NCBI GenBank assembly: GCA_964016885.1
Contig: OZ024748.1
Location: forward strand, 34,038,001 to 34,102,000
DNA: 64,000 nt
Source: Eledone cirrhosa
Lineage: Eukaryota
Direction: 5' to 3'
Shown here piece by piece: positions 28,497 through 40,999 of this stretch. A program made the position numbers and the translations under genes. Within the stretch, counting starts at the first letter, position 1. Every line of letters begins with the position of its first letter. The notes under the pieces were generated by a model, which was not told the origin of the DNA, searched no databases, and saw only the letters and a list, made by a program, of their open reading frames with translations.

Positions 28497-28987
28497 CTAC
28501 GAGGATAAATCCAGGATGCAGTTGCAGGAAGCCGGATGAATGCCCATTGCAGGGTAAATGTAACACAAAATCTGTCGTTTATGAGGCTAAAATAACGCCA
28601 GTTATCAACAACCAGCCAGCCAGAAGCGAGCGATATGTCGGTATGACCCAGGACAGGTTTAAAACCAGATTTTACTCACATGTCGCTTCTTTTAAACACT
28701 CAGATAAACGAACATCAACGGCCCTCGCAAGTAAGGTATGGGATCTCAAGGATAGTAATATCCCGTACTCTATTGATTGGTCTATATTAGACCATTCGAG
28801 GGAGTACCAAAGGGGCACAAAGAATTGTTCTTTGTGTACCACAGAAAAGTATAGGATTTTGCTAAACTTGAGAGACACTTCCGCTTGCCTTAACTCTAAG
28901 ACTGAGATCTTCAGATGCTGTCCTCATCTGAAATCGCATCTGATCTGTAACTGGATTGACACTCCTACGATAAATCAACCGCCTTGA
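28497..28987 (+). pseudogene. PLE family H GIY-YIG endonuclease fragment
   Basis: CSCRKPDECPLQGKC..VVYEAK..YVGMTQDRFKTRFYSH..CSLCTTE; matches 54111-54330. Confidence 0.9.
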
Positions 28988-29292
28988 ACACCTTCTCTGC
29001 TCTTTACTTTCGCTACGGCTTTTATTTTGCTGCTTCTACCTTCTGTACTCTTGATTTAAAAAAAAAAAAAATTTTCTCCCTTACCTCCCCTTATATTTTT
29101 ACCTCCTCTTAGCCCCCCCCCCCATATATTCTTTTTGTTTTGCCCTTCACATACCTATGTGTATGTGTATGTATTTTTGTGTGTATATATGTATATGTGT
29201 ACGTATATGTTTGTGTATGTATATATATGTGTATGTATGTATGTATGTATGTATGTGTATGTATGTGTATATATGTGTATGTATATATGTCT

Positions 29293-29326
<34 letters not shown>

Positions 29327-29437
29327 GTGTATATATATATATATATATACATGTGTGTGCGTGTCTGTATGTGTGTATATATTTGTATATTTGTGTGTGT
29401 ATATGTATGTATATGTGGATAAACCAGGGCTTTCTTT

Positions 29438-29491
29438 CATTCTGAAGATTGAAGGAAACTTTTTTTGCTTTTAAGAAACCTCTGGTGAATG
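29438..29491 (+). ncRNA. Hammerhead ribozyme, family H (decayed)
   Basis: catt CTGAAGA ttgaagg..gcttttaa GAAAC ctctg GTG aatg. Confidence 0.7.
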
Positions 29492-29644
29492 GATTAATTG
29501 CCTTGTATGGCTTTATTACTTTACTACTATATATACGTTTATGTAAGGTTCATTTGTCTTATCTAATACTGAGCTTTACACATACACACATGTATATGTG
29601 TGTGTGTATGTGTATGCATGTGTGTATGTGTACGTGTATGTGTG

Positions 29645-29679
<35 letters not shown>

Positions 29680-29942
29680 GTGTATATATATATGTATATG
29701 TATATATGTATATATGTATATGTATGTGTATGTATGTATATGTTGCGTGTGTTTTTATTTATTTTTATGTATGTGTGGGTTTGTGTGTGGGTGTGTGTGT
29801 GTATATATGTGTGTGTGTTTGTATTTGGTTGTGCGTTCTTTTGATATATACGTATTTGCATGTGTATAATTGTTTAGCTATGTATGTATATGTGTGTTTA
29901 CGTATTTATATGTGTGTGTGCGTTTATATTTTTATATTTTTG

Positions 29943-30011
<69 letters not shown>

Positions 30012-30444
30012 ATAATTACATATACATGTGTGTGTTTATATTGTATACGTGTACGTGTTTGCGTATGTATGTGTATGTACGTGTTTATGTATTTGTATAT
30101 GTATATTTATGTGTGAGAGTGTGTGTATGTGTTTACTATTTCGAACGTATGTATATGTGCTTATGTGTGTATTACTTACCACGCGTGTCTGTCCTGTTAG
30201 CTGGGGCATGTATCGCTGTCAAATATTTGTTAATATTATTTATATATTTTTTTCTTATATTTATTTGCGTGTGTTAATATGTAGTGGAGTGCATTCATGT
30301 ATGTGTATGTATGTACGTTGTATGTTTGTGTGAATGTATGTATATGTGTGTGTATATATATGTGTGTGTGTATGTGTAGGCTTGTACACACAGATGTGTG
30401 TGTGTGTGTGTGTGTATGTATATGTGTATATATGTGTATATGTA

Positions 30445-30475
<31 letters not shown>

Positions 30476-30498
30476 GGATATGTACATGTGTATATATA

Positions 30499-30531
<33 letters not shown>

Positions 30532-30834
30532 ATGTATGAATATATGTATGTGTATATGTGTGTATATATGTGTATGTGTGTGTGTAGGTGTACGCTCTTT
30601 TTATATATATATATATATATATATGTGTGTATGTGTATATGTGTATGCGTGCAAATTATATGTGTATATATGTGTGTGTGTGTAAGTATGCTTTTGTGTT
30701 TTTTTGTGTGTGTTTGCATGTGTAGTTTTATTTTATTTTATTTTTCCTTTCCTTCTCCCTTTTCCAGCCTCACTTTCATATAGATTGCATTTTTGTTTTT
30801 AGAATCCATATTCAATAAACAAACCAGGATTTTT

Positions 30835-30888
30835 CATTCTGAGGATTGAAAGCAAAACCTTTTGCTTTTAAGAAACCACTGGTAAATG
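30835..30888 (+). ncRNA. Hammerhead ribozyme, family H
   Basis: catt CTGAGGA ttgaaagcaaaa-cc-ttttgcttttaa GAAAC cactg GTA aatg. Confidence 0.88.
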
Positions 30889-30998
30889 GAATAATTGCCT
30901 TATGTTGTTTATTACATAATAATAATAATTAAGCTCTGTTGCTTACATAGAGCACTCTTTTTTCCTGGACTTTTCCGATGGAATTACTTCATTCATAC

Positions 30999-31030
<32 letters not shown>

Positions 31031-31184
31031 TTATATATATATAGGCAGATCTCACACAATGCAGCCTCGACAGATTAATACTGCTTGATTATGGCTGAGA
31101 GCTGATGCAACCAAGACACCATAGTAAAAACCAATATATGGAACATTATATTATGTAACATTATTTTAATTTATATTCCTTTGA

Positions 31185-31305
31185 GTTCCGATGAGCCACT
31201 CTATTTTTTTAAATATGTTAATTATTTTCAACTGAACCAGATCAATTATGATATATAGTCATCTGATCCAGAAATATTATATGGAGTAGCGAAACAATTG
31301 TAAAC
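31185..31305 (+). ncRNA. Hammerhead-like motif with CCGATGA core and ~95-nt stem II region
   Basis: gtt CCGATGA gccactcta...tggagtagc GAAAC aatt GTA aac. Confidence 0.65.
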
Positions 31306-31434
31306 GGACATTATTATTATTAATATTATTATTATTATTCTCTACATTCCTTACATCTAACTAAAATATGTTGACAATCTTTTAATAATGACTTCCTTGT
31401 GAAGTTTGTGGTCTTGTTTTGCTTAACTAATGAA

Positions 31435-31465
<31 letters not shown>

Positions 31466-31505
31466 TTATATATTTTATATATATATATATTTATAAATAT
31501 ATATT

Positions 31506-31596
<91 letters not shown>

Positions 31597-31794
31597 CTTT
31601 AACTTTAATTATATCTCATAACATAATACAACTGGTTTTTCCACATTATACATATTGTTAGCACCCCAAACACTTAAATTGGGTTTATATTTTAATATAA
31701 CCTAATGTTTGTTGAGTGAGATGGTTACCAGTCAGAGTTTAGCTTTAAACTATCTCTGTTATTGTATTAAATATATATATATATATATTATAAA

Positions 31795-31847
<53 letters not shown>

Positions 31848-31911
31848 TTATATATATATATATATATATGTATATTTATATATATATATATATATATGTA
31901 TATTTATATAT

Positions 31912-31970
31912 TCTCTTTTACTCTTTTACCTGTTTCAGCCATCCGGCTGAGGCCATGCTGGGGCACCGCC
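31912..31970. mobile_element. Short SINE-like terminal fragment
   Basis: CTCTTTTACCTGTTTCAGCCAT..GGCCATGCTGGGGCACCGCC recalled as resembling a common octopus SINE end; recognition only. Confidence 0.45.
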
Positions 31971-32114
31971 CTTGTTGCTACACATTTTATCTCCAGCCTG
32001 TATAGGTTGGCCAGTGGTGTAACAACGAGTTTGTTGCTGCTGCCCTTAGGTTTCCCTCGTGCCTTGCTGTGGGCTCATCTGGGATCTTGGATAACTAGGT
32101 GTCGAATATATATA

Positions 32115-32246
<132 letters not shown>

Positions 32247-32448
32247 TATATATATATATTTATATATATATATTTATATATATATATTTATAAGTAAGAT
32301 GTATGGTAGGTCGTATGTGAATCGCGATGATCACGTCTGACTTACCAAATATGTGACGGTAGCTAGTTAAGCTCTATGCGTATACGCAGAGCAGAAATAT
32401 TAGTGAAAAAGAACAAAGGAACTATTATGACATTATAACAAGTTTATT

Positions 32449-32493
32449 GCCGACAGCCGTTTCGTCCGACCCCATGGTGGGACTTATCAAGGC
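32449..32493 (-). ncRNA. Hammerhead ribozyme, family J (U3-A8)
   Basis: Minus strand: gcc TTGATAA gtcc-caccatggggtc-ggac GAAAC ggct GTC ggc AATAAA. Confidence 0.88.
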
Positions 32494-33414
32494 ATATAAC
32501 ATGTGATTGCAAGATCATTGTTTACATCAACGTATCACTCAAGGCTAGCAGTTTGAAATTGTTGTATACATCAGCAACTCCGCTTTAAGGGGGGCTCTTT
32601 TATATTAGTTGTCGGGGTCAGGGATTGAAGTTTAAAAATTAGACAAAAATATATAATTTACGCATCAACATTAAACTAAAAGACTTGGGGTCCCGTAGAA
32701 GCACCTTAGAAAATCCCTCAATGAGTGCATAAAGCTTACAGGCTCCAATAAACCTATTAGTCTAGAAGAAAATTAAGAGGCTAATAAAATAAGAAAACAA
32801 AAATATAAAGTTTCCCTAAAAAATATATAAAGTTCCTATGAAATTTCTTCTAGAGAAAAAAAATTTTTTCCGAAAGAAAAAAACCTTCTTCCCCCGAGAT
32901 CACGTTTACAAAATTCAGAAAACTGAATTGAAAACTAGATTGAAAGAAACTAATCAATTAGAGGTCAATTCAGAGAGCCTTCCATAAATCTCTCAGAAAA
33001 TATTTAATATTTCCAATAGGAACTTCTTCCGAGAGACCCTTCGAAGAATTAAAATTTTAGAGAGCCTTTAAGGATAAATATAAAAACGAATTGAGGAAAA
33101 TTATACATTAAAAGTTAAAAATTAAAAATTACGGTATTTGGGATATCCGAGGAATTTTCAAAGGGCTGCTTCAACAGATACAACTTAGGCATAATAGATA
33201 CAATAATCTAAGCAATTTAAGTAATTTAATTAGGGAGCAATTCAAGGAGTTTATCAAGTTGGGCAAGATTAAAGAAAGTGGTAACTAAGAAAATACATAA
33301 GCAAAAAGACAATAATCATAAAATGCATCTTTAAGAAGGTATAAGGTAGCTTCAGTGATCTAACCATGTATTATCACAAAAAAAAACATTCTAAAATGAT
33401 TGATACAGGATTAA

Positions 33415-33570
33415 AAATTATTACAAAATTATTACAAAATTACCACAAAATCATTACAAAATTATCAAATCATCACAAAATTACCACAAAATCATTACAA
33501 AATTATCAAATTATCATAAAATTATCGCAAAATTATTACAAAATTATCATAAAATTATTACAAAAATATA
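33415..33570. repeat. 11-bp minisatellite
   Basis: (AAAATTATTAC/AAAATTACCAC/AAAATTATCAT)n. Confidence 0.85.
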
Positions 33571-34907
33571 ACGGGATGAACAGTACTGGTGACCGTGTGG
33601 GCGCGATATCCATTCTGCCTATGCAGTCCCCTGCATAGCTCCAGGCACGATATCCATTATGCGTATGCAGTCATCTGCATAGCTCCAGGCGCAGCTGGTC
33701 TTGTTTAAACGTTCATAGATCACCTGGGGTTCACTATTATCTGCGTGGACTCTCTGGGAGATGTACCTGTGGATCTAATAGCCAGTGGTTGCCGGATGTG
33801 GTCCGTTCGATCTTTTAGTTTCAGGGGTTGAACGCTTTCGCGATAGACGAGCCTGCCGGTTCTAAGTCCAAGGTTTCACTACGCATGATGTATTGGTCTA
33901 CATGCTATATTGTTAAAAAACCAGTGTGGATTTGACTGGAGTGGTATATTACGAACTCCAAGTCCACACGCGACTGGTCAACAGCGAAGGGCTGTCCTCT
34001 CTTTGTTTGCTGTATGGGTCGGTCTCAGCTTAGATGGTGGTCGTGTTATCCATATTCCGTCAGCCCTGTATATTCAAGACAGATCAGGGTATGTATTTGC
34101 GGGTATGGTCCTGCGTCTACGTTATCCAGAGGGTCTCGCTTGTGGTATTTTCAAGTTCGCATGTCATCTCCCGGTTAAGACTGCGCATGCTTCGGTGAAT
34201 CTCAAGCATGGAATCTTAGGGTATCATATTACACGGGGTGACCAGCAGAAAATATACATTCTATGCTATCGCGCACGCACTGGCCTGTGGCTACGACCGT
34301 GTCCAGTCTCGGGTAGTAGCAGACAGCAGGTAGACCAGCTATACACACCCCTGCTCAAGGGGCACAACCCCTAACTTATCGAGTGGTCAGACTTCAAGGG
34401 AGTCAACTCTCCAAGCCCATTATGTCGACCGTGGTGAAATACAAAAAAAATTCCTATTAGTAAAGAACTAATCACTGATAATAAAGAACCAGCTCAAAAG
34501 AATGGGGGGGGGGGGGGGCATCTATTTGGGCGGGGGTTTACTAAGGGAGGGGGTGGGGGTGAGTGACTATAGGCAGGGAGCGGCCGCCATATTGGGTGTT
34601 TTGTTACTGTTTCCCTAGGCAGTTCTCGAGTTTGTTGACATACATCTCCGACGGCACCCTCTCAGATTAGTCAACATGGTTCCAGGCCCTCACGATGTCC
34701 TGCATCGCAGGCATCAGCTGCCCCCAGGGTGCCCAGCAACAGTGTTGCCACCAATCCCAGGTTGGCAATTGGGACACAGGGTCGTCTGTTCCTCACCAGA
34801 GTCCCCATCGCCAATCGGGAAGCCGAGGCATCCATGCTGCCGGGGTTACCACAGAGCACCCTGTACGCCAGCGGGGCCGCCACGTGTAGGACTGGGTGGT
34901 GTCATGG

Positions 34908-37220
34908 CTATGTGTCCGGTCTGAAGAAAAAGAAAGAGCTAAGTATGGTATGGGGGCAGGACGAGAAGATTTCTGATCTCCTGTTGAGCAAGTTGAGCCC
35001 TGAGAATACTATGGCATGAGATTCAGATAGGCACAGGCTACAACACCTGCTCAACGAGCTATATGGAGGAGCCTTAGTAAGGCATCTCCAGCTGAGTGTG
35101 TAGGGGGTTTTTGTTTGTTTTAAGCTATGTATATGTCCCGCTAACGACGTGGTATTTTTAAGCTTCTCATATCGGAAGCTATGCTGGTGGGCGTTGAACC
35201 TCGTCTTGAACTCATTAGCGGTTGATCCTACATACGTCTTAGTATACGTGCCTGTGGTTACGTTACAAGCATATACCACGTTCCTGATAAGGCAGTGTCC
35301 AGCTAGTGGGCATTTGTCCTTCCTTCTGCAATTACACTCTTTAGTAGGGACATGCCCCTCAATCAAGGGTGCATGTCCCTCCAAGCGGCCGCGGGGCTGC
35401 CTAGTGGGACCGGTTCTATTGCCTAATATCACCCTGGGTCTTTCACTCAGTGGGTTGGTCCCGTGTTGTCGTGTGTGCTGGCATGGTTCACTATTTCGGA
35501 TGGCCTTAAGTCCCTCTTTGATCTTACTCTTATTGGTCTTAGCTAGGTGTGAGGCCAGATTAGGGGTTGTAGAGTACGATAGCTTGACAGTATTCTTATT
35601 GATGACACTACCGTACCTACTACCCGGGGGGAAGTTCTTATCTATTAAAGAGAAAAAAGATTTGGGGAGGTCTGTAGTAACATTAGAGTTGAAGGGCGGG
35701 TTAAAGAAGGTACTATCACGTCTTCTATTCCTTCCACTGCGTTTCCTATCCCCTATGCAGTTTGCCCTCTCTTCGTCTATATTATTACTGGTTCCACCAG
35801 GTGTGGTTGCTGTACACCCAGTGGTATGTGCGTTGGTCTCAAGTCTCCTAGGCCTCTGTCCCCCGTTTTCACTGTTGGACTTGCTCGGGTGGCATAGCGC
35901 TTACCAGGCGTGCGGGCCCTGTCCGTGTCTGCGTTGCGAGTGTTGCTGTTCTTATCTAACTTCCTATTGTCCCTATTCGTCTTTCTAGCTCTCCTTCCAA
36001 CTCCCATGGACATATTGTGCGTGATTACAGTGCTGGGCTGGGGTGGCGGGGTGGTGCCGCCTGTCTCAACATAATGGAGTTTATCTTTGTGCCCTGACCC
36101 AGCTAGCGCCTTATTGTAATATTCCGCGTTCGCTTCAAATGCGGTCACGCTGCTAGATAGTCCGCTAATCCTACTAGATACTCCCTTAACTATTGCTTTG
36201 AGGACTGAGCCTGGGTGGTTGGAGCTGGCATTGACGTACGTCAGCCTTTCGTTAGGTTTATGGTACGGTGCATATTCTAACTTATCTAGGTCTAGTGTGG
36301 CGTCTAAAAAGTTGACTACCTTACTATTTCTATCCATAGTTATTGATAGGTTAAAATTCTTGAAGAATTTATAACGGTCCTTTCTAGTTCTTTCTAGGTT
36401 GTACCGTTTAAAGTCCACAGTAAGCAATGCGTCGTCACGGTATAGCCCACCTCTGAGGTGTGGGAGCTGCTCGTTGAGCTCCTTGAGCAGGTACAATCCG
36501 ACGAGGTCTGTCACCTGCGCTGAGTCGCTAGACCCCATAGTGATGTCGAAATTGTTACGAGTGTTCTTGCGCGTCCACAATTCATCCTCAAATGTGATAA
36601 TTGTTTTACGAGCGGCAAGGGCTATGTCAATCTGGGATCTAGCGAGTCCGCCCGTCCGCATTGCCAACATGAGCGCCTTATTTAGTAGTATGGGGGATAT
36701 AGACGTATAGTAGGAGTCTATATCGAACTGGATGAAGCGTAGTGACTTGTGGTTGCTAATGCTTGAGAACCACTGTATCACTTCTGCAGTGTTTCCCCAT
36801 AGGTCCAGGCTAATCCTGTCTTTAACTTTCGGTATGACTTCATCTAGTATTTTTTTTACTTATAATCCCTATGTCAGATTTAGAGGGGCTAATGAGCCTG
36901 ACAGAGGGGCTACTTGCAAAGTCCTCCTTATGGTCTTTCAGTGTGAACCTTGGTTGTCGGGGGGTATAAGGTTGTGTGCATTTCTCTAATCCTAGCTTCG
37001 TTACTATCACTTTAGCCTCCCTGTTAATCTCATCTAGGTTGGCTACAGTGGTTTTTTATAGTTTTTATGTAGCTCATTGTATATGAAGCCGCGGTATTCC
37101 TCATAGCTCAGGTTGTACATATTCCTAGTCTTGTCCGAGGGTACTAGTATACACTTTCTGTCCTTAAAAGATTTAACTAGTGATTCTAACTTTGTTTGGA
37201 AGCCGCTACGCTTACAGTTT
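34908..37220 (-). pseudogene. PLE RT + GIY-YIG, frameshifted
   Basis: SDKTRNMY, FIQFDIDSYYTSI, MGSSDSAQVTDLVG, GLYRDDAL, FFNPPF, CNCRRKDKCPL, VVYAC..YVGST..FKTRFNAH, CSLCLSE. Confidence 0.93.
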
Positions 37221-37285
37221 TTTCTTTGATACGTTTTTCTGTGATACGTTGATGTAAACAATGATCTTGCAATCACATGTTATAT

Positions 37286-37330
37286 GCCTTGATAAGTCCC
37301 ACCATGGGGTCGGACGAAACGGCTGTCGGC
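37286..37330 (+). ncRNA. Hammerhead ribozyme, family J (U3-A8)
   Basis: gcc TTGATAA gtcc..ggac GAAAC ggct GTC ggc. Confidence 0.88.
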
Positions 37331-37411
37331 AATAAACTTGTTATAATGTCATAATAGTTCCTTTGTTCTTTTTCACTAATATATATTTATATATATTTAT
37401 ATATATATATT

Positions 37412-37442
<31 letters not shown>

Positions 37443-37474
37443 ATTTATATATATATATTTATATATATATATAT

Positions 37475-37860
37475 TTCGTTTCTGAATTTGTTTAGCAAGA
37501 TTCTTTATCTGAAAATGTGTGTTGAAACCGATATTGTTATACTTTGGGAGGGTTATGTTGCCAATAAGAAACACACGAACCAGTTGTTTCATTTCAATTT
37601 ATTATAATAAATTTATAAATTTAGGAATTTATAAATTTCCGGTTGGTTGGTTGGTTCCACAACCAGGTGGTTGTTTATATATTGTCAAAGTTCTTTCGTC
37701 ACAATTCTGTGACCTCTTCAGTGACTGGGGTTCTTTTCTTTGTTTTTTGTGCCACTCCTTTGTTCTGTCGTACGCCATCTTATTTTGTGTGACACACAAA
37801 AAGCAACTGGTGCGTGTGTTTCTTATTGGCAACATGACCCTCCCAAAGTATAACAATATA
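37475..37860 (-). mobile_element. Family F pseudo-LTR with short inverted terminal piece; HHR at 37684-37725 (-)
   Basis: Reverse complement of 20250-20561; 37800-37858 inverted vs 37530-37587. Confidence 0.85.
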
Positions 37861-37878
37861 TATATATATATTTATATA

Positions 37879-37944
<66 letters not shown>

Positions 37945-37950
<6 letters not shown>

Positions 37951-38641
37951 TGTATATATAGTTTATTTTGCAATACACTGTATGCTTAATTAAAAGCATT
38001 TCGAAGACCTTATGCTGTTGGTTTAGAGTAGTGATAGACTCACTTACCAGCAAACAGGGGGAGATAAAGCTGACAAGGCCTTGTTTCGCCTTTATTGATG
38101 CTCATGAAAGCCAACTACTCCCCCTGTTTGCTGAAATCATGGATGATTGGTTCTTATAGAATTCTAGTCAATAATCAGGAACTGATTATACAGAGCGGTT
38201 GCCGGTCAAGCAGAAATTGAAAATTAGAATTGGTGCTCTGAAATAGCTATATATATATGAATGTATATATAATGTATTTTGTAATACACTGTATGCTTAT
38301 TTAAAAGCATTTCGAAAACCTTATGCTATTATTTTAGAGTAGTAAAAGACTTACTTACTTTAATTTCAGCAAACAGGGGGAAATAAAGCTGAAAAGGCCT
38401 TGTTTCGCATTTATTGATGCTCATCAAAGCCAACTACTCCTCCTGTTTGCTGAAATCATGGATGTTTGGTTCTTATAGAATTCTAGTCAATAATCAGGAA
38501 CTGATTATACAGAGCGGTTGCCGGTCAAGCAGAAATTGAAAATTAGAATTGGTGCTCTGAAATACCTATATATATTGCAAATACACTATATATACATTCA
38601 TATATATATAGCTATTTCAGAGCACCAATTCTAATTTTCAA
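37945..38641 (-). mobile_element. Tandem ~320-bp non-coding HHR repeat (family K, retrozyme-like), 2 units + inverted stub
   Basis: 37945-38250 repeats at 38257-38570; HHR motifs at 38068-38111 and 38387-38430 on minus strand. Confidence 0.75.
38387..38430 (-). ncRNA. Hammerhead ribozyme, family K
   Basis: Minus strand: gct TTGATGA gcat-caataa-atgc GAAAC aaggcctt TTC agc (GTC in the other unit); palindromic stem III. Confidence 0.75.
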
Positions 38642-38643
38642 AA

Positions 38644-38728
<85 letters not shown>

Positions 38729-38735
38729 TTATATA

Positions 38736-38896
<161 letters not shown>

Positions 38897-39043
38897 TTAA
38901 AAACAAATAACGAAACGAAATTAAATTTCGTTTCGTTTGTAACTCACTTTTGTATGACTGACGCTTAAACAATTAAGTTAAAAATGTACATCCACATATG
39001 TATACTGAAATACTAGTATGTATATGAATACACACACGTGTAC

Positions 39044-39116
<73 letters not shown>

Positions 39117-39123
39117 ATATATG

Positions 39124-39177
<54 letters not shown>

Positions 39178-39202
39178 TTATATATATTTATATATATATA
39201 TT

Positions 39203-39250
<48 letters not shown>

Positions 39251-39333
39251 AACGAGTAGAACTCCGAGTACTTTGAGTATAAAGTACTTTGGTGCGTTAT
39301 GGTCCACCTGGTTCCTTACCACATTTCCTTCGT

Positions 39334-39415
<82 letters not shown>

Positions 39416-39436
39416 TATATCTATTTATATATATAT

Positions 39437-39501
<65 letters not shown>

Positions 39502-39624
39502 GGAGGTGAGTTTTATTGTAGTACAATAAAGCAATGCAGATATCGGATAAGTAGCACTCTACAGTTTGTAGGACTGGAGTATAAATAATATATAAGATCA
39601 AAAGATGGTTAAAAGAGTTCCATG

Positions 39625-39695
39625 TATTTTATTATGCGCATTTCAAAAACAAATATCATCATGTAATAACATTTGCGTTTTCGTCAGATAAAATA
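39625..39695 (-). ncRNA. Hammerhead ribozyme, family L
   Basis: Minus strand: tattttat CTGACGA long stem II GAAA tgcgca TA ataaaata. Confidence 0.85.
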
Positions 39696-40999
39696 GGGAG
39701 ACATGATATGAAGGTTAAAACACACCTGTGAATAGTGCAGTTTTAAATCAACATATGAAAAGTAGTTTTAGATTGATGTGTGATATTGGGAAAAAAATTG
39801 AGGGGGGTGGGGCTGGAAAGGATGAAAAAGAGGAGATGAGAGTAAAAAGTGGAGGGGGAGGAGTATAATGAGGATGGATGAGATAGGAGGAGAGATGGGT
39901 GATAGAGAGAGTGAGATAGCTTTAATAACTGAGAAAAATATATTGTTTTACATAGAGAGGTTAAAAAACCGTTGGAAGATAATATATAAATTAAAAGAAT
40001 TTGAAAATTAACGAAGAGAAACATTTTAGAATAATGTTAAATTAAGGTTTGTATATTGAAGGGTTTAATACTATGTGCGATGAAAAGAAATTGTTAATAT
40101 GTATTAGGAATAATATTTAAGTGTTTAATAATATGTGCGATGGAAAGAAATTGTTGATATGTATTATTAAAAAATATAAAAATATAACAATAGTAATGTA
40201 ACTAAGGATATATTGTGAAAAGAACTAGAAGAGTGGATGAATAAGTGTAATATGTATAAGTTAGATGAGCATGAAAGGGAGAAAAAATAATGAATTGAGG
40301 ATGAATAATCTAACGTCAAAAAAATGTTTATGTTTACGAAGGATTTTTTGAAGGTGATATTATGAAGTAAGAATATATTGTGATGGGTAATAATGAGAAT
40401 TGAGAAGTATCTAGGAAGAAAAGGTACAGATTAGAGGTTAGAAATTAAAAGAAAAAGAAAAAAAGAAAAGAAAAAAGGAAAAAAGAAAGAAAGGGAAGTG
40501 ATAAATAGGAGTGATATAGAATGAGTAACTAGTATTATATAATGTATAATAAATAACATTGAAATAAGGTAGAAAGATGGGTATATTTTTAAAGAAATAT
40601 ATATGTATATATATATATATGTGCCTTTGAGAAAAGGATGTTAAATTGGTAAAGTGTTAGATATTAGCTGTATACTTTATGGAATGTTCTGTGGAATTTA
40701 TGCAAGCAGAGAGAAAACAAGTCAGTGCGTCTATTTATTATAGAATCTAAATTAGATATAATGGTAAATTTTTCACATAAACAGAGATTGCATGTCTTGG
40801 ATAGAGAACTATTCAAGTATGGAGAAGCAGAAGAAACCTTCTTCCAAGAGATGTTATAGTTAATATTTTTGTCTTTCAAGGACCATATGAGTTCTGATAG
40901 TGCCGTGTTGGTTCTTTTAAGTTGGTATTTAAAAGATGAATGATAATTATAAAGACGAGCTTTAAAGGTGGTGAAAGTGGAGCCAAAATAGGTAAATAA

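Larger units (their letters stand above)
28988..30915 (+). mobile_element. Family H tandem pseudo-LTRs built largely of imperfect TG/TA repeats
   Basis: Two HHR-bearing ends (29438, 30835); 29540-30915 is homologous to 51790-52795 on the minus strand. Confidence 0.75.
32290..37381 (-). mobile_element. PLE family J: long 3' region, RT-EN ORF, inverted pseudo-LTR at the 5' junction
   Basis: 32397-32538 inverted vs 37241-37381; ORF pieces 34908-37220. Confidence 0.9.

Noticed and set aside
33910-34374. 154-aa ORF as a host or cargo gene
   Set aside because: Non-ATG start, antisense to the element, no recognisable motif.
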